From Sphyrna mokarran (taxonomy: Eukaryota), in contig JAGIQG010000003.1 of assembly GCA_024679065.1 (NCBI GenBank), positions 121,148,001-121,212,000 of the forward strand: a stretch of DNA of 64,000 bases. Reading direction: 5' to 3'. The notes under the pieces are model-generated. The model did not search any database. It worked only from the letters and a program-made list of their open reading frames with translations, and was not told where the DNA came from. The number at the start of each line of letters is the position of its first letter. Positions within the stretch are counted from its first letter, which is position 1. Positions 13,208 through 26,400 of this stretch are shown here, piece by piece. The position numbers and the translations under genes are program-made.

Positions 13208-14389
13208 ATAGTGTTTAGTCAATGTTGCTCCTAGTTTGTTTGCTACAGTAAAAAGGTCTGAAAACTAAAATCTTGCCGTGTCATCATTTCAGACATCAAC
13301 AGGAAGCTTGAATTTCTTTTTTTTTTTGAAAAGTTATCCATCTCTATATTGTTCAAAATGCAAGTTAAATTTGTGTGTAAAAATTTGACAAAAATTGTTC
13401 AGAATATCTTTGGAATTAATGACCTCTGGAGTCCCTGAAGAATCTATTTTTGCCCCCTCCTATTACACATTGACATCCAGGTGACATTATCTGAACTGAT
13501 ATTGGATTCCACATGTACTTTGATGATACTCACCTCTTCCTCATCTAAATTCATCATTGCAACTCTCCATTTCCTTCTCCCTCATAGGCTTGATTAACTT
13601 CCTTTTAAATGCATCCATACTATTATATTCAACCATTCTCTGCAGTGGCAAGTTCTACAATCTCACCACTCTGGATAAAAGAATTTTCTTCTGAGTTTCT
13701 TATTGGATTTCTTTGCTACTATCTATACTGATGGTCACTAGTTATGCCCTTCCCCACAAGTGGAAATATTTTCTCTGTAGCTTTAGGCTGTGAATCACTT
13801 TTGTCTTATGGTTATTGATATGGCTGGCGAATCAAGTTACATTGCTCATTTCAGTGTCTCTGCAACATTGTCCTTTTCAGCTGCACAAACCATTAGGCAA
13901 ATCTAATCACAGAGCAGCAAATCAATGGTGAACAGCACTTAACAACTATAGCCGAACACATGATCCCAAAAGTATTTCAAAAGCGAAACCTGAGCTTTAG
14001 TATTTGAGAACAACTCAAATTTTCTATCACAACAGGAACAAACAAAACATCACATTTGACTGCAATGTAACATGAAGAGACACAAGCTAGGATGATCCTC
14101 AACTTTCAGCAAGGTCTCCTCTTCCTTCACTTTCAAAATTGTACCATATAATAATATCGATTCACCTCATTCTTCTCACCAAAATTTATCACATCAGACA
14201 AAATTCAATGCAGTGTGTCATGTGTTCATTCTATCCACCAGCCTGTCAACAGCCCAATGACAATACTTCCTAATACACTAATACTCTCTTAAAATCTATC
14301 ACCATCTTCCTCAGTGTTTACTGCACTCCTAAGTTCCACACAGTCTGCAAATTTCAGAGTACAAGTTATTCATATATATCCTTAAACAA

Positions 14390-14960
14390 CAGGTCCACGG
14401 AATCCACAAAATTCCTCCCTCCAGTTTGAAAAAACATCACAAATCTGTTTTCTATCCCTCAGTGAATTTTATATCCAAACAGCAACAGACATTTTTACCT
14501 CATGGACTTCAAGTTTGCTAATAAGCCTAAAATGAGGTAGTTTATCAAACAGCTTCTTCAAAGACTATTTCCAAGTTAACTGCACTGCCCTCACTGACTC
14601 TCTCGATTGTCCCATCAAAACCTCAATCAAGTTAGTCAAACTTATTTTTACCTTAACAAATCCCTGCCAGTTCTCCTTTATTAATCCATGCTTATCTACT
14701 AAATGGCTTTTAATTTATTCCTAGGTTATTTTTCTAGATACTTCTCCACCACTAATATTAAACCGGCTGACTTCTAATATGTTTTAGTTCTCCCTTCTTT
14801 TGTACAAGGTATAACATTTGCAATTTTATAGTTTTTTGGCATCACCCTCGTTTCTAAGGAAGGTTCAAAGATTGTGGACATCACCTTTGCAATTTCTACT
14901 TTTAATTCTCTCAAAATCTAGGATTTATCCCACTCAGACTTGGTGTTTTGTCAATTTTTT
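14390..14960 (-). mobile_element. Old CR1 RT fragment
   Basis: Nucleotide similarity to the CR1 at 3180-3600 (ttatcaaac, ctcaatcaagttagtcaaac, ttctccaccact). Confidence 0.6.
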
Positions 14961-15034
14961 TACCATCACTTCTGTGGAATCATAGAATCCCTACAATGCA
15001 GAAGGAAAAGTCCTTTTTCTTGCTACACTTTTTA

Positions 15035-15555
15035 AAAAAGTCAATGGGTGTCGAACTCGAGTAAAAACTAGAGTAAATCACACTTTTTTTCAGCAGGAGT
15101 TTCAAAATGAATCTCCCACTGCACTGGCATGATTCACTCCAGAAATCAGTGGGTGGAGAGGCCGGCAGCATTGTACTGAGCGGACCACTGTGCATGCACC
15201 GATCCGTCAGTGCATGTGCAATGGCCTCTCTCTGCTGGCCTCCCGACTGCTGGCCAGCCCCGTGACTCCAGCAATGCCGGCTCTCCACTCACTACAGCCC
15301 AATTGTTGGACTCCCAAATATGTCCAGGCCAGCCTCAAGTCTCAGGCCCACTAATGAGATTCAAAATAGATTTACTTTAACTGCTACATGGATTAGGGAG
15401 CTCCGTGCCGATTTCCAGCATGGATCTGACAGCATCGGAAATCTGGCGCTGGGAGACATGCAGAAGCATGGACGCTCAGTTCAAATCAGCTGCCACTAGA
15501 ATCTCCCGGCCACTGCACTAAAAAGCAGCGCGGCACGATGAGAGAATCATCCTCA
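15035..15555. mobile_element. GC-rich non-autonomous DNA transposon (Harbinger-like) remnant
   Basis: GC/CpG-rich island in AT-rich DNA ending agaatcatcc; style shared with other MITEs here; left boundary uncertain. Confidence 0.5.
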
Positions 15556-15689
15556 CATTATTTAGAGGTAGATTTTGTCCATACTAACAACATTAGATGA
15601 ACCATGAAACAATTTAGCGTCTGGTTACAGAAGGTTTTGATGAAGAGGCTACATTAAAATAAAAGAAAATAGACCATTATAGTTTCTGC

Positions 15690-17336
15690 AACATCACATT
15701 CTTATCTTTATTTAAAGTCAGTTTATCAGGTACTGAGAAACCAACAACTTCAACCTGAAATTTAGAATCTAACGTGAGCCCAAATTCATTAGAATTCCCA
15801 ACGGTGTGTGAAGACTAACAATTATTGTTACAGAAGCAAGGCTGAACAATTTTTAAAAACACAATTCCTAGGCACATGTATAACAAATCAAACAAAGCCT
15901 TCCAAATGTACTTTAGCAGCTGTAAGTCATCCAAACCTCTTTTGTCTGTTTGTGAGGAATTGCTTTGCATAGTTTCACAATTAAAGACAAGACCCTTGCT
16001 CCAAAGGCTCTTAGGAAGTTAATGAAATGTAAATGCAAGCAAGTTTCATTCCTACAATGCCATTTTGAAGTGTCAGGATGAAAAGTTACCACAGGTATGA
16101 TCTCAAAATCTGTGGGATAAAGGATGCACACTGGAGCTAATGCATTAAAAACCTAAATAGAGTCTGACCAAATAACGCAGAAGGGACGAAGTGCAAGTGT
16201 ATAATGATACCAAAATTGCTTATTAGACAATTATATCAGCTAATTGTCCAATGAATTTGCTGTTCATGCACCATGTTTATGGCTAATTGTATTTTCAGAC
16301 TGACTGAAAACTGTGAAGGCTTGCTTAATTTTCCTTTTATTAAGTAACCCATGATCTGCGTGCAACTGTTGTACCTAAGAAGCATTCCTCAAAAGATGAA
16401 CCATGTTATTTTTAGGCCATAAAAGTATTGTGGACAATCGATGGGCTACCATTCTCTTTAAAAGATGTCACAAAACTATCTTGCAATCTTAGCTGATGTG
16501 CTAGCAATAGGTTTATCGGCCAGGAGGAGAGGGAAATTTCATTACCAGATTGGGCTGTGGGAGAAAAATCCAAATAAAAGAATTTAAACATGAAGTGTCT
16601 GAGGACAATTTTCAATTTCAGATGTCACGCACTGCAAGCTGATATTGTTGTGGCCTAAGAATAAGTGTATTTTTTGCTTCTCTTTAATTTTGTGGTATAA
16701 CCAGTATACACAATGGGGATTGTAGAAAAGATGAATAAGATTGTCTGAACTTTGCTGCTTCAGAATTTGCTCTTTCTTGTTCTAGATGTACATTTTATCT
16801 ACTCCACTCTACATTATTAGGTAGGTGATTGTTTCAGACTCCCCATTTTGTCCCTTGTAGTCCCAGCCTCGTGAGCCATAAAGCACTTATAAAAGAGGAT
16901 AACTTTCAGATCTCTACCATTATTTCTAATATAGCCGGAAAGAATATGAATCAACAGCCCAGAAATAAATTCTCCTCCCTCTACGGTGCATGGCTTCTTC
17001 CCAGTACCTCATTATAATAGCATTGAGATCAGAATCTCAGAAGATTTAAGAAATGAGCCTACTGTTAGCACCTCTGCCCACCCACCTGCACACCCCATAA
17101 CACCAATGTATTTTATATCTAACCGTAGATTATTCTGACTCAAGCTTAGGTGGAAAAGTAATCCAACCTGTGGAAGACATCAACCAAAATGTAATTTCAT
17201 GAAATAGCTTTCAAACTGCTTCAGTAAGTTCTGTGATATATCAAGTGTATCAAACAACATTTTAAAATTTTTGAAATCAAATCCAGGAACATGGTCATAA
17301 TGCAGCATTCATAAAATGAAAATATCTGTCCGGATC
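15690..17336 (-). other. IARS1: Putative IARS1 3' UTR
   Basis: Repeat-poor sequence after the stop codon. AATAAA on the minus strand at 16336-16341 and 15707-15712, the latter followed by a GU/U-rich tract. True 3' end unknown. Confidence 0.5.
15707..15712 (-). promoter_or_regulatory. Candidate polyadenylation signal AATAAA (alternative at 16336-16341)
   Basis: tttatt on the plus strand; the minus strand continues tgtgatgttg...tattttcttttatttt. Confidence 0.45.
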
Positions 17337-17419
17337 TTAGGATTCAGCTGTCGTTGGTAAAACATGAATGTAAATAGTCTTCATGTTCAGCATTTTCATT
17401 GAAGAGTCAGTTGTAATTT
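17337..17419 (-). CDS. IARS1: IARS1 terminal coding exon (83 nt including TAA)
   Basis: ttttttccag|AAATT; (E)ITTDSSMKMLNMKTIYIHVLPTTAES*; stop TAA is tta at 17337-17339. Confidence 0.96.
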
Positions 17420-20400
17420 CTGGAAAAAAGGCAGACATTATTAGATACTTTCTGATAAAGAAGTTATTTTATTGAAGGCAAACATTCTTTGCAGCAAGTC
17501 ACACTTATCCTTTTTTTAAATTACAAGAATAGCTTTCAATTGATCATGGAAATCATCCAACATCTGAACTAAAATCGAATAGAATGTAAACAAAGCTCGA
17601 AGCCCGAGGATAAGTTCCAAACAATGTTCTAAATATCAGTGGTTTACTTGCAGTGCCCAATCCAAAATGGAATGACTGAAAAGCCTTAAACTAGATAACA
17701 TTGTCTCAAAGTCAAAACACCCGAATTTCATCGTAATGTTTTGGCAAATTAATACCACCTGGTGCACTGCAGTGAAATATGTAGTTTGATTTGCATTCAT
17801 GACCAAACACATTTGTAGTTTCCTTGTTAATGTGCATCTATTTAGTTTTCCACATAGGAGCAACGACACAAGGAAACTGGAACTGCACAAATACTTCTCG
17901 TTGCAAGCAAGTTATTCCCCCAATTATAAACATTAATATCATTTCAAGTATTATTGCAATGCTTGCAAATCATTTTCAAAACAAAATTTTATAGGATAAC
18001 CAAAAATCTGGAGAAGAAGATGCTTCAAAGAAATGAGAGAAGATATTTATTTGAATATATGCAGAGAGGTAGCCTTGCACTGATTGGTTTACTTATAGCT
18101 CTGTGCTAGCTTCAAGCTTCAACAAATAATTTAGGTTTCAAATCTTTGAAACCAACTTTTCTGTAGAACAATTCAAGCACTTGTAGTTCTTCATGAATTT
18201 TTTGAAGAAAGAGCTAAGCCAGGAATTCAATTTGCGTTAGAAGTTTGAACTGATCAAAATTTGGGCATTATTGTATTTTATAAAGGAGTTTCATGTCATC
18301 CTTCATTCACTCCCTATTTTGCAAAGTGACTTTGAAATAAAGATTCACTAAAAAGACTAGATGATACATCACCATTGCTTATCCTGTCAAATGTTGTCAC
18401 TGTTCATTCACACTATATTATGTCTTCACTGCTCAATCTATATTAAGGCTGCCGATAAGCAAAATGGAACAAAATGAATCCAATAAATAATATCTTTTTG
18501 CACCAATTTCTATTCTTTAAATTGTGTCGATCCTCACGAGTATCCAACAATAGACCATGACCCATTTTAAAATTAAAAAAAGCTGCACAGATGCAGCAGC
18601 CCATTTTATTGGCCTACCTACACTGCATTTGAAAATTCATCTGTACAACACGGGTCAAAGATTAATTCAGATTGAGTACAAGCTGCCCACATGGAATTGT
18701 ACCAGAAATAAAAGTCAAATATTGCACTTTAAAGCTACAATGGTATGTTTGTGTCACTGATGTTAATAGAAATGTAAAATAAAGCATAAAGATATATCAT
18801 TCAAGACAAACTGTGCATTTAATCTTTTTGACACCATTGAAGTATGAAAAAGAACTGACTTTATCATTCCAATTTTTGATGGTGACACTGCCAAGTTGGG
18901 ATACTGCCAGTGCTAAATCATAACATTTTACACAGATTTATAAACTTGAAGATATGCACAAAAACCATCATGTTGGCTGAGTGAGGGAAGTTAAAATGCT
19001 GAATAGCTGTAATAAGAAAATGCTAATCTAAAGACTGGAGGAAGCTTAATTATGGAGAAATTGTAAGTTGCAATGAACACTTTCATGGGATTGCTGGTAC
19101 ATTGGAGAAAATAGATTTCCATTCTGCAGTTATGTCAACTGTTCACGCTAGCACAGAGAACATTCCAGAGTTTTACGCCTTTCTACATACATTAGAAGTT
19201 CCAAAGTTATTCCCTGAGTGCAGATCAGAACATCACCACAGCCAGTACAGTAACTAACAAGGCATTATACTGCAAACAGCAATGGGCTCCTTGTAAATAT
19301 ATAATAGATGTGAATTAGTAAACCTTTCAGTTGATGTGACATTTTGTTTAAATTGTACTATTGTATTATAACAACATATCAAAATAATTATAACTTCCCT
19401 TGAACTCTCATTTAAAGAATGACTTGCAATAATGTACACAGGCCTCCATTATTTAAGAAACATTAAGAATAATGGCACTCGAGATTCATTTCTCTTTTTG
19501 GGCTTCTAAATGATGTTCAGCATATGTTGTACATAATTATGTGTTGTGCTTTTTTGTTCACTTTCATTCCTTTCTATTACTTTAATCATTGGAAGTATTG
19601 ACATCATCTGGCCAATGACCTGCACGAACAAAACTGCACCTTTTGAAAGTGTTACTTTGTCATACCTAATGGGAGATGGCAATCCAGAGACATCTTTAAG
19701 CATCAACTACATATGATCACTTGGCTTACATGTTAAACATACATCAGAGTTTGATTTACATGTTCTCTTCACCCATACTCCACATGGAAGCAAAGGATTA
19801 GTTAAATTTCTGTTATGAACCACTGCTGGAGTTTTAAAACTGAATTCAACATCAAAACATCAAAAATTCTGTATTTTGTGGCAGCTTCAGAAAGTATCAA
19901 TTTTTGTCGGTGTCAAATTATTTAAGAGTTTACATTTTAAAAATGAATCGGGGGAAAAATGATCACAACTGTGATTTGCAATATTTGGACAAAATGCACA
20001 TGCCACAAGTTTTCGTGCTTTGGCTTATATGGAATAAGCTGACTTAAATCCAATATTCTGGGAATCAAAAACTAAGGAGGGAAGTACAGAGAAAAGGTGA
20101 TAGAGACTCACAATGGCTGACAAAGAGTCAAGAAGGTGGACGAAAACAATGGAAGACCAAGGGGAATGAATTTGGACTCCAACTATGCTGCATGAAAAGC
20201 TCATAAACAAAATGGTCAAAGGGATACTGCATAATTTACTGGAAGGGGATGTAGATGAAGACTCCAGGTGGAGTGGATAGAAGTCCAAGTGGGGAATGGA
20301 CGCCTTGCAGGCGATGGGATTAGGTGGGTGGGGGTGTAGTGGTGTAGAAGGACAGCTGTTGAATTGAGGAAAAGACATCTTGGAGTTGCTAGCCTTTTCC

Positions 20401-23400
20401 TTAGAGTTGCTAATACTTTGCATGGTCAGGTGAAGACAGTGGGCTGATAGGAGTGTGCTGGATTGGTAATTAAATATGGCACCAGGACCTTTGAACCTGC
20501 CAGCAGGCAGTGGGTAGACTAATCAGAGCATCTTGCATGTGCACAATTAATGAAGTTTTAAGAGCAGAATCGGGTACTGGTTGCTGCCATTCTCACCAGT
20601 GGAAAAGGCACCATTGGAGCAGTCCACCATTGCATTTAGTCTCAAAAACTGAAAATTCCGCTGATAGCGCCCAAAGATAGTTTACCATAGTAAGCAGCTG
20701 GCAAGGCAATAACATGTTGTACACATGTATCAAAGATATGTCAACAGGCTCAATGTGCTCAAATTTAATCTTGCAGTACTCAGCAAGCATCACAAACATA
20801 CAAATGGCTCTCAGCAGGGAAGTGGGATGTAAGAATATCCGCAACACATGATCAGATCAATTAGAAAGGAAAGTTTGATCTGTGGTTACTATACTTGAAG
20901 TTCTCTTTATGCTTAAACCAACTGTTCTAACTCACGGGTCACTATATTCCAGGTATGGAACTCTCAAAATGCCGTTGCTCCCCAGCTCTCCCAGACAGTG
21001 CTTACATCATCAAAAAATGTGGCATTGTGGCACGGTGGTTAGCACTGCTGCCTCACAGTGCCAGGGACCTGTGTTTGATTCCCAGCTTGGGTCACTGTCT
21101 GTGTGGAGTCTGCACATCTCTCCGCTAAATTCTTCCTCAGTGTACCCAAACAGGAACCGGAGTGTGGCAACTTGGGGATTTTCACAGTAACTTAATTGCA
21201 ATGTTAATGTAAGTTTATTTGTGACACTAATAAATAAAACTTGAAATTTTAGATGTACCTTCTGCTTTGGTATCATTCAGACACAATTTTAGTTTCTTGC
21301 TTCTAAGGCCAAACACTTTGGCTGTCTCATGAAGGAGGTCAGGGTATGTCAGTCCATTCTGACCAGCAGGGTTTTCCAGCAAAAGAGTTCCAACTGTTCC
21401 ATTGAGGCATTCTGTAATAGGATACCAAAACATGTTAGCAAAGTGCTGACAAAACAGCAATTTCAGTTCGCGGTTCATTTTTGTTGCTCCTAAATAATAA
21501 TTCACATGACTCTTAAACATACTGGAATGAAACAATCACAAAACCACAGATCAGTAGCACTGTGTTCATGCTGTCACTTTTTGGATTTGCATTTTTAGTT
21601 CAGGTGATGAACTGGAGCAATCAAAACCACCCACTATGAAAAGCTTTGGACTGGTATGCAGGTTGGAGAACAGAGGAATTTGGTTTTCCTGCAAATAGAA
21701 ATAGCCTTAGATATTAACAATACACTTTGAAAATCATAGTACGACCAGACTAAGTCAACATGGTTTTACAAATGTGAAATTGTTTGACAAATCTGTTTGC
21801 GTTGTTTTAACAATAGGGTACATAAAGGGGATTAAATAGATGTAGCGTACCTGGATTTCCAAATGGCATTCAACAAGTGCCACACAGAAGACTAATGTGC
21901 AAAAGAACTTTTCTTTACCCAAAGGGTGGTTCGGGAGTGGAATGCCCTGCCTGCAGTGGTTGTAGATGCGCCAAGTTTGGTGGCGTTTAAGAGGTTAGTT
22001 GATAAGTATATGGAAGACAAGGGAATGGTTTAGTTTGGAGGGGCATTGCTTTTTATATTGGTCGGCGCAACATCGAAGGCCGAAGGGCCTGTTCTGTGCT
22101 GTAATGTTCTATGTTCTATGTTCTAACTCATGTAGTTGAGGATAATATATTAGCTTTCAAAGAAGTTGGCAAGCTGTGGCTGGTAGAATGCTGCAAGATC
22201 AAGGCTGGGGCCTAAGCTATTTACTATCTATATTAATGGCTTGGACAAAGAGACAGAGAATAACGTATCTAAGTTTGCTAACAATAGAAAGATTGATGGG
22301 AATGTGAGCTGTACATCCATACCCTTCCAATCCATCCTATTCATGTATTAGTCTAGTTGCCCCTTATATATTGCTATTGTACCTACTCCCACCACCTCAC
22401 CAGGTAGCGCATTCCAGACATTCGCTAATCTTTGTGTAAAATACTTAACTCACACATCTCTTCTATACTTTTCCCCGTGCATTTTAAACCTATGTCCCCT
22501 AGTACTTGATTTTTCTACCCTAAGAAAGAGCATCTGGCTATCCACTCTGTTTATGCCACTCATAATCTTACAAAACTCTATCAAGTCATTCTTCAACCTC
22601 CGTCGTTCCAGTGAAAACAAACCGAATTTATCGAAACCGAATTTATCCAACTTCTCCTCATAACTAATACCCTCAGACTAGGCAACATCCTGGTAAACCT
22701 CTTCTGTCCCCTTTCCAAAGCATCCACATCATTCTGGTAATGTGACAAATCAGAATTGTACACAATATTTTAAATGAAGCCTACCTAAGATTCTGTACAG
22801 TGCAGCATGCCAATTTTCATGCTCAGTGCCCTGACTGATGAAGGCAAGCATGTCATATGCCTTCTTGACTACCTTATCTGCCTGCGCTGCCATTTTCAGT
22901 GATCGGTGGACATGTACACCCAGATCTCTATGCCTGTCAATACTCCTAAGCATTCTACTATTTAATGTACAATTCCTACATGCATTGGACCTTCCAAAAT
23001 GCATTATCTCACACTTGTCTGGATTAAACTCCATCTGCCATTTCTCTGCCCAATTCTCCAACTGGTCTATATCCTGTTGTATCCTCTGACAATTTTCTTC
23101 ACTATCTGCAACTCCACCAATTTTTGTGTCATCTGCCAATTTACTAATCACACCAGCTACATTTTCCTCCAAATCATTTATACATACTACAAACAACAAA
23201 GATCCCAGAACTGATTCCTGTGGAACACCGCTAGTCACAACCTTCCATTCAGAAAAGTAAGGTGGTAGCAAGAACCAAACAGCAGAATTTTTTTTTTTAA
23301 ATGTGAAACTTTAAATGTTGATGTTCAGAGACACATGGTTCCACTCAAACAGAGAACCCAACATTGGTAGAAACATTTAGGGAATAAACATTTAAGGAGG

Positions 23401-26400
23401 CAAATGATGTGTTGATCTGTATTACAAAGGGGAAGCAATAGCCTCCACACCTCCAACAGTCACTAACTGCGCAAAATACATGCTGAAAACCACTGATTTC
23501 ATTGTTCATCATCAGAAATTCAAAGGGAAGTAAATAATCAAATTGGCTAATCAGAGGCTAGGCTCCGAATGGCTGATTTGACTTCCTGAGTTCTTCTGTT
23601 ACTGGACATAAAAGCAGTAAGCAGCAACTGGAACAGTGATGGCATCTGAGCAGTGGAGGCAGCATTAGAGGAAGGGAAGTGTCCTTCCATATTTTCTCCA
23701 CCTGCCAGCAGAAAGGAAATGCCTCCTAAAAAGTGGGTACAACTTTCAGAGGCCAGTATTAAGAAGCTATCAGATGGTGGCTTGAACAAAGAACAAAACA
23801 GCACGGAAAACAGACCCTTCAGCCCAACAAGCCTGCGCCGCCACCCCAATGTTCCTACCTCTACCCGTGATCCCTGTCTATGTTTATAGATCTATGGATT
23901 GAAACCAAATTTGACACAATTTAGGGAGAATTTGTTCTGCCAATCAGCCTAAGAGCACATCTTTGGGATGTGGGAGGAAACCAGAGCACCCAGAGAAAAC
24001 CCACACAAGAACGCGGAGAATGCGCAAACTCCCACAGACACAGGCCCAAATCCATATATGTGCACAGCACAGTAATAGCTCTGAGCTGTTGTGTTGCCCA
24101 TCAAATGGTCCAGGTCAAGCATTCACTAACGACGTGAAGTGCTAGGATACTCTCGAAAAAAGAATCCAAGAGCAATCCCCCACGACCCATCGCGTGTATG
24201 CCCCTCGTTAGACAACAAAGTGGACCAAAGTACCTGTAGGATAAAAACAAATACATCAATATCATAGACTATTTACACACTTCCCAGGGACTCCCAAGGC
24301 TCATGATCCCTATTTTAAAATCAGTTTTCTATACCCCTCCATTCCCATTGTGTTCATGTGCCCATCTAAATATCTCTTAAATAACTCCAGAGTGCCTGCC
24401 TCCACCACTTTACGAGGCAGCGCATTCCATACCCCTACCACCTGTGTGAAAAATCTCCCTCTAGCATCCAAATTATACCTTACCTCCCTCACCCTAAGCC
24501 TGTGACCCCTCATGCTATTTGAGTTCGTTCTAGGAAAAAGCTTAACCTTGTTTACTCTATCTATACCCGTCATAAACTTGTACACCTCTATTAGATCTCC
24601 TCTAAGTCTACGTCTTTCTGAGGAAAACAGCCCCAATTTGCCTAACCTCTTTTCGTAACTCAGAACTTCCATACTCCCATCCTAGTAAACCTCCTCTGCA
24701 CTCTCTCCAGAGTCTCCACGTCCTTCTGGTAGTAAGGCGACCAGAACTGGATGCATTATTCCAAATAAGGTCTAACTAACGTTTTATACAACATTAAAGG
24801 CCAGCTCTTGTACTCTATATCCCTTCCTATAAAGGCTAGCATACCATATGCTTTCTTCACAGCCTTCTCCATCTGCTCTGCCACCTTCAGAGACTTATGC
24901 ACCTGCACCTGCACCCCCAGGTCCCTCTGCGTTTCTGTACTCTTAATAGGTCCACCCTTTATCATATACCTCCCCCCTACATTCTTTCTCCCGAAATGCA
25001 TCACCTCGCATTTATCAGGATTGAATTCCATCTGCCATCTATCTGCCCAAGCTACCACCTATCTATGTCCTGCTGCATCGCCTGACAATGCTCCTCACTA
25101 TCTGCAAATCCAGCCATCTTTGTATCGTCTGCAAACTTGCTGATCTCTCCACTTACTCCCTCTTCCAAGTCATTTATATACTTGGTTGGGTGTTAATGCG
25201 AGAGGATCGTGTAACTGGTGAATGTATTTGTGACTGTGCATTTCTTCCTAATACATGCATAGATATAGCTTGTTTGCGTTTGATTTCTGTGTTTGCAACT
25301 ACTTCATCTCAAAAAGGTTCACTGGCATTATGAGAATCTTGGCATTCCCCAATGCTCTTGGGAAGTCATTAGCGGTTCTGTTTGGGAAACCCTATATTAC
25401 TAGATACCAATTATTCCTCTATTTGTATCAAGGCAACAGAACTCAAGTGGCAAAAGTTACAGAAGGCTGAGTTTTCGGCCCTTCCCACTGGGGGAATCTT
25501 CCAAATCAACCAATGGTGACCCCTGCAGTGGGTTGCCCAGCAGGATGGCCAGCCTGCTATTGACAATGGCAAGACTGGAAGATTCTGCTGCCAACCATTG
25601 GCGAGCTGCCTCTGCCATCAGGAAAGACACCACGGTGGAGGCCGAAAATTCTGCCAAAAGGTAAGTTTCTTTACGATGAAATTGTCTCTTCCCCAGTATA
25701 CTATTGAATACTTACTTCCAATTTTGTTATGCAATTAATAAAATTAAAAATAAATCCTTCACAAAACAATGTAAATTTTCATGAGATTAGACTGTTTTTT
25801 CATTTGTGAATTTATTGGATATCCACATGAGTTATATAAAAAAATGGAGCAGAGCATTTTACTGCAAATTGAGTACTAAAAATCAAAATGTATTTTTTCC
25901 ATACTAAAGCAATTTTGGTAAGAGACATAATGCATGCTCATCTTATCTAAGATACCAGCTACTAGAACTGGCCTTAATCCCAATCAGGCAAGGTTGCCAT
26001 TCTGTTTGGTTAGCTAATCTCCCATGAAGAAGTGTTGTACATGACGTTGAGTGAATATAAGACTGTACAGTGTCTTAAAATTCAATAGAAATTCACACAT
26101 CAAGAATAGCCTTCTGTATGTGGTACAAGATGATATCCAGAATTTTTGGAACTACCACAAGACAGCAAATTCAGCAAGGCAAAGAATCTGGAGATAGAAA
26201 CATTTGGATCAATTGAGTGCATCTTGATTTGCAATTCAAACTACAGGAAAATGAAGAATTGTTACTTGCAAACTAGTGATAATGGGGAACAACAAAGATG
26301 CTTACCAGCAATGATAATACACCCTCAAAATCAAGCTCGGGGGGTAAAAATATAAAACATCTTTTTTAAAAAAAGTTATTAACTAAATGAGTATTTATAT

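Larger units (their letters stand above)
21715..23435 (+). mobile_element. Old CR1 fragment hosting two younger CR1 insertions
   Basis: Degenerate QHGF / YLDFQ.AF.KVPHRRL / YIN.LD / SKFA motifs split by inserts at 21910-22124 and 22315-23260. Confidence 0.75.

Noticed and set aside
12336-13350. Possible solo LTR starting tgtaac
   Set aside because: No second copy, matching terminus or TSD could be identified.
18557-18760. Plus-strand ORF with ATG|gtatgt donor-like site
   Set aside because: Weak acceptor, no partner exons and no recognisable protein.
21020-21095. tRNA gene
   Set aside because: It is the tRNA-derived head of a SINE, continuing into the SINE body and repeated in degraded form across the window.
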